This document shows positions 1 through 9,856 of a stretch of 64,000 nucleotides of DNA, piece by piece (the stretch's first letter is position 1; each line of letters opens with the position of its first letter). Location: contig JANVYQ010000001.1 in the NCBI GenBank assembly GCA_030059675.1, forward strand, positions 307,032-371,031, in the 5' to 3' direction. The notes beneath the pieces were generated by a model that worked only from the letters and a program-made list of their open reading frames with translations, had not been told where the DNA came from and searched no databases. The translations under genes were made by a program, and so were the position numbers. This DNA is from Candidatus Pelearchaeum maunauluense (GTDB taxonomy: Archaea; Thermoproteota; Nitrososphaeria_A; Caldarchaeales; Caldarchaeaceae).

Positions 1-124
1 TCACTGGGCCGTGGCCTGAGAGAAAGAGCAGGTCTCCAACCTGTATGTATGGTATGTACGCCGCGGGCTTAGCTGGCTCTGGAAGCTCATAACCTAGCTC
101 GCGTAACTTACGCTCAACCTCCAT
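1..124 (-). CDS. RidA/YjgF-family protein, N-terminal part only (gene runs off the window start)
   Basis: Reverse-strand ATG at 124-122 opens MEVERKLRELGYELPEPAKPAAYIPYIQVGDLLFLSGHGPV, a typical RidA/YjgF N-terminus. It is absent from the ORF track because the window edge truncates it. Confidence 0.5.
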   Translation of the reverse strand, partial: MEVERKLRELGYELPEPAKPAAYIPYIQVGDLLFLSGHGPV

Positions 125-264
125 ATGTTGTGAGCTGCGTGCATGATAGTTAAGTATATAGCCCTTTGAGCCGAGTCAACATAATAGCAGCCCACTAGAA
201 ATTATTGAGATTTTTTGATGAGGTTAGGGAATTTATTTATATCATTTCTGGGTTTTGCTAATAC

Positions 265-2802
265 TTGCGAGCGCGGCCCTTGAGGAAAATCCTAGCAGTG
301 TTGTTGGTTATGCTTTTACTTGTTTCGTTTATTTCAATTATTGCGGTAGGACAGGAGAGTGTAGCATGGTGGGATAATTTAGTGGTTATTGGTGATGCGT
401 TTAGAACGGAGTTTTACTATGATTTGATTGATGAGCTTAGGGGGAGTATGGTTTTGAGGCTTTGCATAACAGTGTTCAGTCGTGGATTGAGTATCGTGAG
501 TGGGCTAGATATCCTGAGGAGTGGAATTTTGTGGAGAGGATGATTCGGGAGATTCATGATAGGGGTATTCCCGCTGGTGTTGTCTATGGTTATCATGCCG
601 CCGATGTTGCTGCCAGAAGCTATGATGACAATGAGGGCTTCCTATACTATTATAGGTCTATATTGCCCCAGGATAAGAAATGGCGCTACCCCAACGGTAG
701 TGTTGCAGGAGACCCGTATAGCGTTGGAGCGTCGCGGCAATTCACAGGCGCTTACGCGACACGCATATACGGCTCGGCTAGAGACCTGAAGATACACAAA
801 GAGGTTACGCTATACTTTGCGATGCAGCTCCAGAATCCTTATTGGCGTGATTTCTTCGTTGAGTGGGGTAAGGAGGCGATAGACAGGGGTGCGGACTCTT
901 TCTTCATAGACAGCCCTGATGGTATCTTCACGTTCTATTGGGGTGGTGGCTGGGGCTGTGCAGACATGTGGGAAGGCTACCTGCTCGCGCAGCATCTCAG
1001 GAGAACACTGGGAGAGGAAACGCTCTCAAGGCTGGGCATAAGCTCAATAGAGAACTTCTGCCTCCCAAAATACCTAGAGAACAAGTATGAGATAAGAGAT
1101 GTATTCAGCGACTACGCGTATATACGCGAGCGTTTCAAGGTTTCGTGGCCTACTGAGGTTGTTAATTTTAGAAATGTTGAAGCTGTGCTGAGCGGCCCCG
1201 TCTTTAAAGAGGTGCTCGTATACTGGTATAGGTCTGCGATAGATTTTGTTAAGAGTGTTGCTAAGGAGCTTAAGGATTATGGTAGGCAGAGGGGTAAGGA
1301 TGTTCTCCTGACCAGTAATGAGTATCTTGCATGGATTCCCCACATAACACTAACCCCCTACATGGATGTTATCTATGTTGAGACGAATCAGTTTAACGTT
1401 CCACCATATCAGACCAACTCTATCTTCTGCAAACTCGCTCAAGCTGCTGGGAATTATTCTAAGCGCGTATGGGTTGGTGAGTGGGTATCATGGTTCTCAA
1501 ATCCCTTTGACCCGTATAATCCGCCGCGCGATATTTCCAACTTAGTTAAGCTTAAGGTTGCTGAGGCGTATTCCTCTGGCTGTTTGATGTTGATTCCCTT
1601 CGGGACTGGCTGGGTTGATGAGGGATGGCCTCCCAAGAGGCTTGTCCTAGGCTCAGAGCGGCAGCAGGTATCTAGATACTATAGGTTCATAGCAGATAAC
1701 CGCGAGCTGTTCAGGGATGTAAATAACATGGCTGATGTCGCCATTCTTGTCTCCATACCTACGGCGGTTTGGAGGAAGATACCCGCTCTAGGAGTGCGTG
1801 AGAGCATTAACTATCAGGAAGAGATTCTGGGGTGGGCTATTGCGCTGGAAAACATACACATACCCTACCAAGCGCTAATGCTAGGAATGGACAGGATATT
1901 CAACACCGACTCAAGCGAGAGGCTGGAACGCTACAGCCTAGTAATAGCGCCTCACCTCACGCACATATCTGAGAAAGACTTGGAGAAGATAGAGAAATAC
2001 ATAGAGAAGGGGGAAGGCTCATCATAAAGGAGGACTTCGCCAAATACGATGAAATGCATAATAGGCGCGCGAGAGAAAGGATTGATGGAATCCTCTCTCA
2101 TAGGAATGTCTTAATTGTTGATAATAGGCTGGGCTATGAGTATAAAGCTTCTCTCAACAACGATAGGCAGGGTTATGTTGTGTTGAAGAAGATTGAGAAG
2201 GCTGTGGAGCGTTTTCTAGACGCAACTTACTAACAAACGCGAGGCCAACACTATACATTAACGTATTGGCCCAGAAGGCTGAGGATAGGATAATAATCCA
2301 TCTAATCAACTATGATTATGGTTATGATTCTGCGCGCGACCGTATTAATCCGCACCCATCTTTCTGGCTCTCTCTAAAGCTCCCTGAACTGTATAGAGTA
2401 TCTGATGTTTATCTAATGACGCCAGACGATAATAGCTCTCCTACTCCGCTGCAATACGAGATTAGGAATAATCGGATAAACATTACATTACCCTACGTGG
2501 GTGTCTGGAGTATGATAGTTATTGAGCCCGTCTCACGCGTGGAGACTATTACAGAGACGCGCTTCCTCACGTTTATGGATATTCTTGAGAGAACTGTAAC
2601 TAAGGTGAATGTGGAGACCGAGACTACTACAATAGCATCAACATATGCTCGGACGCTCACTATTAGGGAGGAGCAGCCAGCTCCCTACCCAGCTAGCACG
2701 ACGACACTCCTAATAGCGGTAGTTGCTGCTCTCGGATTGGCTGTAGGATACATGCTCAGGGGGAGAGGACAAGGCCATAACCTACGGAATTCACAACCAT
2801 AG
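265..2802 (+). pseudogene. Disrupted gene for a large secreted, C-terminally anchored glycoside-hydrolase-like protein (three reading-frame changes)
   Basis: Four pieces read as one protein if the frame changes near 440 (run aggggga), 2012 (run aaggggga) and 2225. The pieces are ORF 265-543 (signal peptide MRARPLRKILAVLLVMLLLVSF), ORF 462-2027, an unlisted frame-2 stretch 2018-2233 (LIIKEDFAKYDEMHNRRARERIDGIL...) and ORF 2266-2802 (Thr-rich linker plus TM helix LLIAVVAALGLAVGYML). The family call rests only on a GH42-like 'VAILVS...EKYIEKGGKLII' trimerisation-type segment. Confidence 0.55.
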
Positions 2803-2848
2803 TACCATACGCAGTATGAATTAACGACGTTTCTCCACGCTTTAGGCA

Positions 2849-3145
2849 ATGCTTATATTCTCGTATGAGGGGGTGAGTCGTCTAAACATGAGTGAAGAAA
2901 AGCGGCTGTCCAAGAAAGGTTGGGTTACGCAGTCACCTGAGGGTGATTTGCTGCTGGTGAATGATAAGGGAACGGCGTATAAGGTTAGCGAGTCTGTTGT
3001 GGCTGTCTGGAACATCTTTGAGAACAAGACCGTTGAGGAGGTTGTTAGTGAGATTGCTTCGCAGGTTGATGTTGACGTTAACGAGCTGCGCGAGGCTATA
3101 CAGCAGCTTGCTATCCAGCTTCAGGAAGCAGAACTCCTAGCATAA
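2849..3145 (+). CDS. PqqD-family (RRE-type) small protein
   Basis: GDLLLVNDKGTAYKVSESVVAVWNIFENKTVEEVVSEIASQVDVDVNELREAIQQLAIQLQEAELL follows the PqqD/PF05402 pattern (x-LN-x-tg...iW.l.dg.tveeiv..l...y.v....l..Dv..fl..L...gLl). The start may instead be the ATG at 2888. Confidence 0.65.
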   Translation: MLIFSYEGVSRLNMSEEKRLSKKGWVTQSPEGDLLLVNDKGTAYKVSESVVAVWNIFENKTVEEVVSEIASQVDVDVNELREAIQQLAIQLQEAELLA

Positions 3146-3304
3146 GAGGAAATTAGGTAAAAAGAGCCTAACATCCAAACCCCTGGCGTGGGTTGCAGCA
3201 GCGCCAGCGCTGCGCACCCAGCTATATTGTTTTCTGATAAAATTATTGACGACTGAACAGTGAGGTTCGTGGAGTGCTACTACTGCTCGCAAAGAAACGC
3301 TAGG

Positions 3305-4432
3305 CTATGTGTATAGTTTCTTGAGCCGTTGTAATAGCCCCTCTGTGAGGTTCTGCAGCGTGAATTGCTGTGCTCTTGAGCGCGCGTTCTCCGACATCTT
3401 GTCGTGTAGCTCCTGGTCTTCTGCGAGTCTTCTTATTGCTGCCGCGGCTCCCCTGTAGTCTTCTGGCCCCCTTACGTGGATTCCGTCTATCCCATCCCGC
3501 ACAAGCCAGCGCTGGCCGCCGACGGCCGAGGTTACCACAGGCACGCCGCAATACATGAACTCCAGCTGCGTTATTCCCAGTGCCTCCATTCTGCTCATGA
3601 TTATATTTAGGTAGGATTTCTTCATGAGCGCCACTTTCTCCTCGTCGTTTAGCCTCCCTATGTAGCTCAGGTTGTGAAGCCCCCTGCTCTCGCGTAGCAC
3701 CTTCTCATGCTGGTTTGATGGTGCTCCAGCTATTACGAAGTGTATATCCCTCCTGTCTGTGAGGAGCTTTGCCGCCCTCACCACCGCGAGCGGGTTCTTC
3801 CGCTCTTCAATCGTCCCGACATAGCTCACCAGCTTGACGTCGGTTGGTATGTTATACTGCTCAAGAATCTTCTCAGGCTCTCTCGCGGCGTTGTCTATGA
3901 ACTCCGAGTCAACTCCTCCTGGGTAGAGGTGTATCTGCTCGCGCCGCGCTCCCAGCCTGAGCATGTCTTCCTCCTCAAGCGGGGTGGTGCAGAGGATTAG
4001 GTCCGCCGTCCTGAATATCTGGGGAAAGACGAGCCTATTCCACGCCTCGCGGTAGCACCGCTCAATCAAGCTATAGTGCGTGGGGTCGGGCGGCTGGTAG
4101 TGCGGCATATGGCAGAAGGTTAGGGGCTTCTGAAGAAGCCACTCAGCCATCAAAGCCCTAACCCAGAGAACAAACTTCGCCGCATCCTCAGGCCCGTTCC
4201 AGAGCGTGCTGTGCGTTATCATCACGTCAAACCCAATCTCCTCATAGAGCCTTCGCAGCGTGTTGACGTAGTCGCGTAGCATGATGCGGCGCGGTGGCCA
4301 GGTTGAATGGTAGCCGTCAACCCTGATTACTGGGACGCCGAACTCGTTTTCGTTGCTCCAGATGTAGCCCTTCACCGAGGTTTCTATAACCTTAGGCGAG
4401 ATTACGGGCTTGTAACCAAGTATGACTTGCAC
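3305..4432 (-). CDS. GT-B fold glycosyltransferase, family 4-like
   Basis: The 375-aa ORF has the C-terminal EALGITQLEFMYCGVPVVTSAVGGQRWLVRDGIDGIHV (E-x7-E region) typical of GT4/GT1 retaining transferases. Confidence 0.8.
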   Translation of the reverse strand: MQVILGYKPVISPKVIETSVKGYIWSNENEFGVPVIRVDGYHSTWPPRRIMLRDYVNTLRRLYEEIGFDVMITHSTLWNGPEDAAKFVLWVRALMAEWLLQKPLTFCHMPHYQPPDPTHYSLIERCYREAWNRLVFPQIFRTADLILCTTPLEEEDMLRLGARREQIHLYPGGVDSEFIDNAAREPEKILEQYNIPTDVKLVSYVGTIEERKNPLAVVRAAKLLTDRRDIHFVIAGAPSNQHEKVLRESRGLHNLSYIGRLNDEEKVALMKKSYLNIIMSRMEALGITQLEFMYCGVPVVTSAVGGQRWLVRDGIDGIHVRGPEDYRGAAAAIRRLAEDQELHDKMSENARSRAQQFTLQNLTEGLLQRLKKLYT

Positions 4433-4520
4433 CCCTGCTTCTGGAGCTGCAACGCTAGGCGCTGGGCTACCAGCTCCTGTCCCTTCGTGAAACTAGTTTG
4501 ATACATTATGTTGATTATCT

Positions 4521-5291
4521 TCATGAGACATGCATCTCTCTCAAGATTGACTCAACATCGCGCGAGGTTTGGAGGGACTCTAGGAAGCTCTCCCGCGCGT
4601 TGAATGGTATTAGGTGCTTGGCTTCTAGGTTCTTGGGAGACTCGCTGTGCGTTATCCCTATGCTTATCTCAGCCTCCCTGAACGCTGGGTTATCTGCCTC
4701 TGAGTCGCCCATGTATATTACAGCGCCGCTTATGTGGAGGATTTCCCTCAGCCTGCGGAGAGCCTTCCCCTTATCTATCTCAGCCGCGAAGACGTCAAGA
4801 TACGGCCGCCCAGGGTATCGCATTACATGAAGCCCGTGCTCCCTGGCCTCCGTCTCTATGAGTATCGTAGCCTCAACAGCTTTCTCGGCGCTGCGCGATA
4901 AGCGCCAGTCAAACGCGAGGCCAGCTAACGTTATGCGGTCGCGTAGTAGCTTCCTCTACACCACTATCCCATCCAGCCCGCTGGCCAGCTCCTCGGCCAG
5001 GGATAGCACACGCCTTATCGCGTGCTGCCTCTCCGCGACGCGCTCATCAACATAGCTCATGTTGTCTCGCGTGGTTATCTCCAGGCCGCCTACCGTAGCC
5101 CATGCGTGGGCGAAGGGGACTGGACGGCTGGCGAAGTGATAGTCCTTCGTCGTTATCACGGCCAGCTTAAGCTCCTCGGATAGCCTGCTCAGAGCTGCGT
5201 GGAGGCGGCTCGTTAGGCGTGCCGCCTCCCTACTCACGTCTGGGGGTATGAGAGTCCCGTCCAGGTCTGTGAACAGGGCTTCAACAAGCAT
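4521..5291 (-). pseudogene. HAD-IIB sugar-phosphate phosphatase (trehalose-/glycosyl-phosphate phosphatase-like) interrupted by one in-frame TAG
   Basis: ORFs 4956-5291 (FTDLDGTLIP, HAD motif I) and 4521-4823 (YMGDSEADNPAF, motif IV) are in the same frame. My hand translation of 4824-4955 is open (RKLLRDRITLAGLAFDWRLSRSAEKAVEATILIETEAREHGLHV). The only interruption is the TAG at 4956-4958. Confidence 0.7.
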
Positions 5292-5298
5292 CGCAGGG

Positions 5299-5963
5299 TC
5301 ATCTTCTCTGTAGCCATTCCTTCACCCTGTCTTTCAGGAGCCATCCAACGACGATGCCCGCCGCGACGCCTACAAAAATCGCCAAAGACCACGCGAAAGC
5401 CTGCGCAACTATGTAGATTATCGTAACATCAACACCAAGCTGTGAGAGCGCTATCGTTATCGTAACAAAGTAGAGGATTACCTTAACAGCGTCTCCTATC
5501 ATGCTTATGTAGATTGCCTGAGACGACTCTATCGTGAAGCTCTTCTTTATTGACTCGCCCACCCAGTCGGAGATTATGAACCCTATGATGAATATTAGGA
5601 GGGCGCTGATGAAAGCTGGTAGGTATGTCATGAATGTGTTTATCGCCTGGTCTGCCAGGGTACCTGGAGGTTCTCCAGGGCTACGAGAATCGCTGCTATG
5701 TAGATTATCCACTTCGTCACCGCTTTGGAGAATTCGGAGGCCGTGAAGCCTGCTCTCAGTATTGCGCGGCCTACTGAGGTTCTCCTAAACGCCGCGTTGG
5801 CGCCTATCCTGTCCATAGTCCTTCCTATTATCTTCCCTACCACATGGCCAGCAACCCAGCCAACAACCAGAACAATAACGGCAGCTATAACGTTAGGGAT
5901 GTAAGCGTAAAGAGTTTCCAGAAGCCCATTGCTAGTGAGTAAATCAATCTGACTTAGAAACAA
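5299..5963 (-). pseudogene. Membrane protein with two 'conserved TM helix' (MscS-associated) type repeats, one frameshift
   Basis: ORFs 5640-5963 and 5299-5712 overlap in different frames. Both halves share the pattern hydrophobic helix + GW/DWV.G..I(K/G). The join lies around 5650-5700 (...ILVALENLQV / PGTLADQAINTF...). Confidence 0.5.
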
Positions 5964-6048
5964 GATTCATTCGTAATCGTTTTCTCCTCGGTTTATTTAA
6001 CTCTGATGCTCTCTAGATTCCTAGAAATCCTAATGCATGATAAGATAA

Positions 6049-6993
6049 TTAGATGAGGTTGAGCTTTCGCGCTGTCTCTATGATTCTGTTTGCTATTCTT
6101 ATTGTTGCTGCGTCTATCATCTCTCCCTCAAGCGCTATCGCTCCCCTGCCTTCTGCCCATGCCCTCTGATACTCCTCTATTATGAGCTTGGCTCTGCTAA
6201 TCTCCTCTTGGGTTGGCGTGAATATCTTGTTGCATAGCTCTATCTGGGACGGGTGTATAACCCACTTCCCATCATAACCCATGCTCCGCGCGAGCTTCGC
6301 AGACTCCTCAAACCCACTCAGGTCGTTGATGACCGCATAAGGCCCGTCTATCGCCTGCAACCCCGCTGCCGCCGCTGCGTTCCTTATCTGAAACATGGCG
6401 TAATGCCATATATGGCCTGGGTAGCCCGCTGCCTGCGCACCTATCGTCATGCCGCGCATACCTATGCTCGCGGCGTAGTCGCCTGGCCCGAAGATGAGCG
6501 CCTCAAGCCTATCGCTACACCTAGCTATCTCATTCACATTCGCGAGTCCCTTTGCGGTCTCTATCTGCGCCTCAAGGGCTATGCGCTTGCCCAGTCCTAA
6601 ACTCTCTTCAAGGCTGGCTAAGACCTTCTCAACGGCCAGCACCTCCGCTGGCTCATCAACCTTCGGAATCATGATACAGTCTATCCTCTCTCCAGCGCCC
6701 TCAACAACGCTAACCAAATCACCAACCCAATACCTCGTGCGCACACCATTAATCCTAACAGCAACCGTCTTCCCCTCCGAAGGCCTAGCCTCGTTAAGGA
6801 TTTGGACAATATTCCTCCGCGCCTCAAGCTTCTGGCCAGGAGCCACAGAGTCCTCAAGGTCCAGGAAGACCTCATCAACAGGAAGCTCCTCAAGAGCCTT
6901 ACGCATCATCTTAACGCTACTCCCAGGCGAGGCCATCTCACTCCTTCGTAGACGCTCCACAGCCATCCCAACCATGAAACGCCTTTCCGTCAT
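6049..6993 (-). CDS. HpcH/HpaI-CitE family lyase (citryl-/malyl-CoA lyase-like)
   Basis: RLRRSEMASPGSSVKMMRKA...VFLDLEDSVAPGQKLEARRN...IMIPKV... and FGPGDYAASIG match the CitE / L-malyl-CoA lyase pattern. At 314 aa the length fits. Confidence 0.75.
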   Translation of the reverse strand: MTERRFMVGMAVERLRRSEMASPGSSVKMMRKALEELPVDEVFLDLEDSVAPGQKLEARRNIVQILNEARPSEGKTVAVRINGVRTRYWVGDLVSVVEGAGERIDCIMIPKVDEPAEVLAVEKVLASLEESLGLGKRIALEAQIETAKGLANVNEIARCSDRLEALIFGPGDYAASIGMRGMTIGAQAAGYPGHIWHYAMFQIRNAAAAAGLQAIDGPYAVINDLSGFEESAKLARSMGYDGKWVIHPSQIELCNKIFTPTQEEISRAKLIIEEYQRAWAEGRGAIALEGEMIDAATIRIANRIIETARKLNLI

Positions 6994-7085
6994 TTAGCAC
7001 TTCCTCATCTTACCGGTTACAATTCTTTAGCAATAACCCAATTTTTGTATAAGTTAAATTAGCAGCATAACCCAACACTACATGC

Positions 7086-8249
7086 ATGTCTAGGTCTTCT
7101 AGCGGAAAAACCACACCAAGGACTACAATACTGACCGTGCTTCTCATTATCTTCTTGATAGCTGCTGTTGCTGGATGGGTTAGGCCCCCTCAAACAGTTG
7201 AGAAGACAATAACGCAGACAGTTATGCAGACCACGACTGTGGCGGCTGGTGAGGGTGTCAGAACTATAACACAGACAACAACACTAACAAAAACAGAAAC
7301 CCAAAAGGTAACAGTCACAGTCACCGCGACTCCACAGCCCCCAACACCCATCAAAATAAGACTCGCAAGCCTCGCCTTCCCCAGCTACATGCTCGTTCTC
7401 CAGAAGATAATAGAAGAGAAACGCGTTGACCTCAAGCATGGCCTCGATATAGAGTGGGTCCCACAGACAACAATCGCAGGGTTCTACTCCACAATCCTAA
7501 CCGGGGAGGTCGACGGCATACCTGGAGGAGGCCCCCTCACTTTCCAAAAGATGAAAGTAGAGCAGGGCGCTCCAATAAAAATCACCAACACACTGGCTAC
7601 GATGACGTTATCGGTAGTCACGATAAATCCTGATGTCAAGAGTTTTGAAGACCTGCGTGGTAAGAAGCTGGCCGTAGATGTAGGTGCTACAGACTTCCTC
7701 ATACTCAAAACATACGCGAGCAAGCTTGGTATCGACATAGAGAAGGAAGTAACTCTAGTCCCTACGACATACCCAATAGCGCGCGGCCAGCTTGTTGCTG
7801 GGGACGTTGATGCTGCTGTCCTAGTTGAGCCGCATATATCGCTGGCGAAGAGAGATAATCCCAACGCGAGAGTTATCCTAGTCTTTGATGAGGCCTGGAG
7901 GGAAATAACAGGACAGCCATTCGGAATATACCTAGTTACAGCCCTCCGCGAAGATTATCTGGCTAAGAATCCCGAAGTCCCAGCTAGGCTCATTAAGGTC
8001 TTCCAAGAAGTTGAAGACTTCCTCAGACGCAACCCAGAGGAGGCAGATGCCATACTCTCTGCTGGCATGAAGATAAGCCCAGGAATCATGTATAACGCTA
8101 TAATATTCGGCAGGATAGATTATAGAATATACCCAGCATGGAGGAGCGACATAAGGGAAAACCTGGAAACAATGTTCCAGTTCGGTGTTGATACTGGCTT
8201 CGTGAGCGCGCTTCCAGGGCCAGGCTTCATCTACACACCATCAGGATAG
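7086..8249 (+). CDS. ABC transporter substrate-binding protein, NMT1/THI5 (nitrate/sulfonate/bicarbonate, NitT/TauT) type, membrane-anchored
   Basis: An N-terminal TM helix and a Thr-rich linker (TITQTVMQTTTV...TVTVTATPQPPTP) precede a periplasmic-binding-fold body. The gene is followed by its cognate permease and ATPase. Confidence 0.7.
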   Translation: MSRSSSGKTTPRTTILTVLLIIFLIAAVAGWVRPPQTVEKTITQTVMQTTTVAAGEGVRTITQTTTLTKTETQKVTVTVTATPQPPTPIKIRLASLAFPSYMLVLQKIIEEKRVDLKHGLDIEWVPQTTIAGFYSTILTGEVDGIPGGGPLTFQKMKVEQGAPIKITNTLATMTLSVVTINPDVKSFEDLRGKKLAVDVGATDFLILKTYASKLGIDIEKEVTLVPTTYPIARGQLVAGDVDAAVLVEPHISLAKRDNPNARVILVFDEAWREITGQPFGIYLVTALREDYLAKNPEVPARLIKVFQEVEDFLRRNPEEADAILSAGMKISPGIMYNAIIFGRIDYRIYPAWRSDIRENLETMFQFGVDTGFVSALPGPGFIYTPSG

Positions 8250-8296
8250 CCAAACATAATAAACCCCGTAACACCATTCTTATTTTTTGAGGCGAA

Positions 8297-9061
8297 TTGG
8301 AGAGAGCCAGGGAAATCGAGGTTCTCAAGCTATATAGAGTATTCAGAGGTAGGAAAGAATATGCTATATCGCTCCTAGCTCTGGCGGTAGCGTGGGAAAT
8401 AGCATCTTACATATTCCCACCATACGCGGTCCCAAGCTGGTCAATAATACTCAAGACACTAATTTCACTCGACTTCACACACGCCTACATCACGGTAATA
8501 CGCGTCCTCCTAGCTCTGGCGGCAGCCTTCGCGGTAGGCTTTCTCCTCGCGGTAATCATGTACCTCTCGCGCAGAATTGAGCGATACATATTGCCCTTGG
8601 TTAATCTCGTAATGGCTGTTCCAGCAATATGCTGGGTTCTCTTCGCTATTCTCTGGTTCAAAGAGCCTGAGTTCAGGATATTCTTCGTGCTGGTAGCTGT
8701 CTGCGGGCCTGGATTCCTGATAGATATCCTGGACGGTATGAAGAATATACCGCGTCACTTGAGGGAGATGCTCGTATCGTTTAGGCCGTCCAAGAACCAG
8801 CTTGTCAGAAAGCTCATACTTCCCGCAATAGTGCCCTCAATACTAACTACCTGGAAGATTAACCTAGGTCTGGCCGTAAGGGTGGTTACAGTAGCAGAAC
8901 TCGTCGGAACAATATCAGGTATAGGATACGCTCTAAACTTCGCCCTGGGAAACCTAAGCCTCGCAGAAATATTCGCATGGTCACTCGTACTAGTAACAAT
9001 CCTATTATCTCTACAGGGTGTGGTTTACATGCTTGAGGCTAGGCTTCTTAAATGGCGGTGA
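8297..9061 (+). CDS. ABC transporter permease (NitT/TauT family)
   Basis: Polytopic 254-aa ORF containing the EAA-like loop segment VTVAELVGTISGIGYAL. It sits in an operon with the SBP and ATPase. Confidence 0.8.
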   Translation: MERAREIEVLKLYRVFRGRKEYAISLLALAVAWEIASYIFPPYAVPSWSIILKTLISLDFTHAYITVIRVLLALAAAFAVGFLLAVIMYLSRRIERYILPLVNLVMAVPAICWVLFAILWFKEPEFRIFFVLVAVCGPGFLIDILDGMKNIPRHLREMLVSFRPSKNQLVRKLILPAIVPSILTTWKINLGLAVRVVTVAELVGTISGIGYALNFALGNLSLAEIFAWSLVLVTILLSLQGVVYMLEARLLKWR

Positions 9062-9067
9062 TTTGGT

Positions 9068-9856
9068 GTGCCACGTATAGTGGTGGAGAACCTTAGGAAG
9101 GAGTTTGGACAGCAGAAAGGCGAGCAGAGGGTAGTAGCTATTGAAGAGCTTAGCTTCACCATAGAGGAGTCGGAGATTGTTAGCATAGTAGGCCAGACAG
9201 GATGCGGTAAATCAACATTCCTCAGAATATTGTTGGGCGTGGATTCACCAACCAGTGGACGGGTGTTGGTTGACGGTATAGAGCCCTATAAGGAGTTTGA
9301 TAAGTTGAAGGGTAAGATTGCCGCGGTCTTTCAGGAGGATAGGCTTCTCCCATGGAGAACTGCTCTGGATAATGCGAAGCTGGGGCTTGAGATACTTGGG
9401 ATACCTAAGGAGGAGCAGCGGGAGAGGGCTGCGCGTTGGCTTGATAGGCTTGGGCTGGCTGGCTTTCATAATGCTTATCCGTCAGAACTAAGCGGAGGTA
9501 TGAGGCAGAGGGTAGCACTAGCACGTGCTCTCGCAATAGAACCTGCCATAATACTCTTTGACGAAGCCTTCGGCCATCTTGACGAGGTAACGGCAGCGCG
9601 TCTAAGGTCAGACTTCCTAAACCTTAGCAAGCAACAAAGATACACAACAGTTATGATAACTCACAACTTGGATGAAGCGATAGAATCCACTAATAGGATT
9701 CTAGTTTTTGGAAGACCAGCCAAGCTACTGGCTGATATAAACCTGAGCTATGTGGATAAAAGTGATTTGGCTGAGGTCTATCGTCTCCGCAGGTTGATTC
9801 AGTCAGTTATTGAGAGTAATCGTCCACTGGAGTCTGTAGGTGCGCAGACATTTTAG
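9068..9856 (+). CDS. ABC transporter ATP-binding protein
   Basis: Walker [10 protein letters not shown], signature LSGGMRQR and Walker [12 protein letters not shown] are all present. Confidence 0.9.
   Translation: MPRIVVENLRKEFGQQKGEQRVVAIEELSFTIEESEIVSIVGQTGCGKSTFLRILLGVDSPTSGRVLVDGIEPYKEFDKLKGKIAAVFQEDRLLPWRTALDNAKLGLEILGIPKEEQRERAARWLDRLGLAGFHNAYPSELSGGMRQRVALARALAIEPAIILFDEAFGHLDEVTAARLRSDFLNLSKQQRYTTVMITHNLDEAIESTNRILVFGRPAKLLADINLSYVDKSDLAEVYRLRRLIQSVIESNRPLESVGAQTF

Noticed and set aside
3300-3551. 83-aa Arg-rich ORF overlapping the 3' end of the glycosyltransferase gene in another frame
   Set aside because: It is an alternative frame of a well-supported GT4 gene, and its composition (R/G/A-rich) looks non-protein-like.
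4956-4958. In-frame TAG in the HAD phosphatase read as a pyrrolysine or other recoded codon
   Set aside because: The window has no pyl genes or methylamine methyltransferase context, and the overall gene content looks crenarchaeal. A single nonsense change or base-call error explains it more simply.
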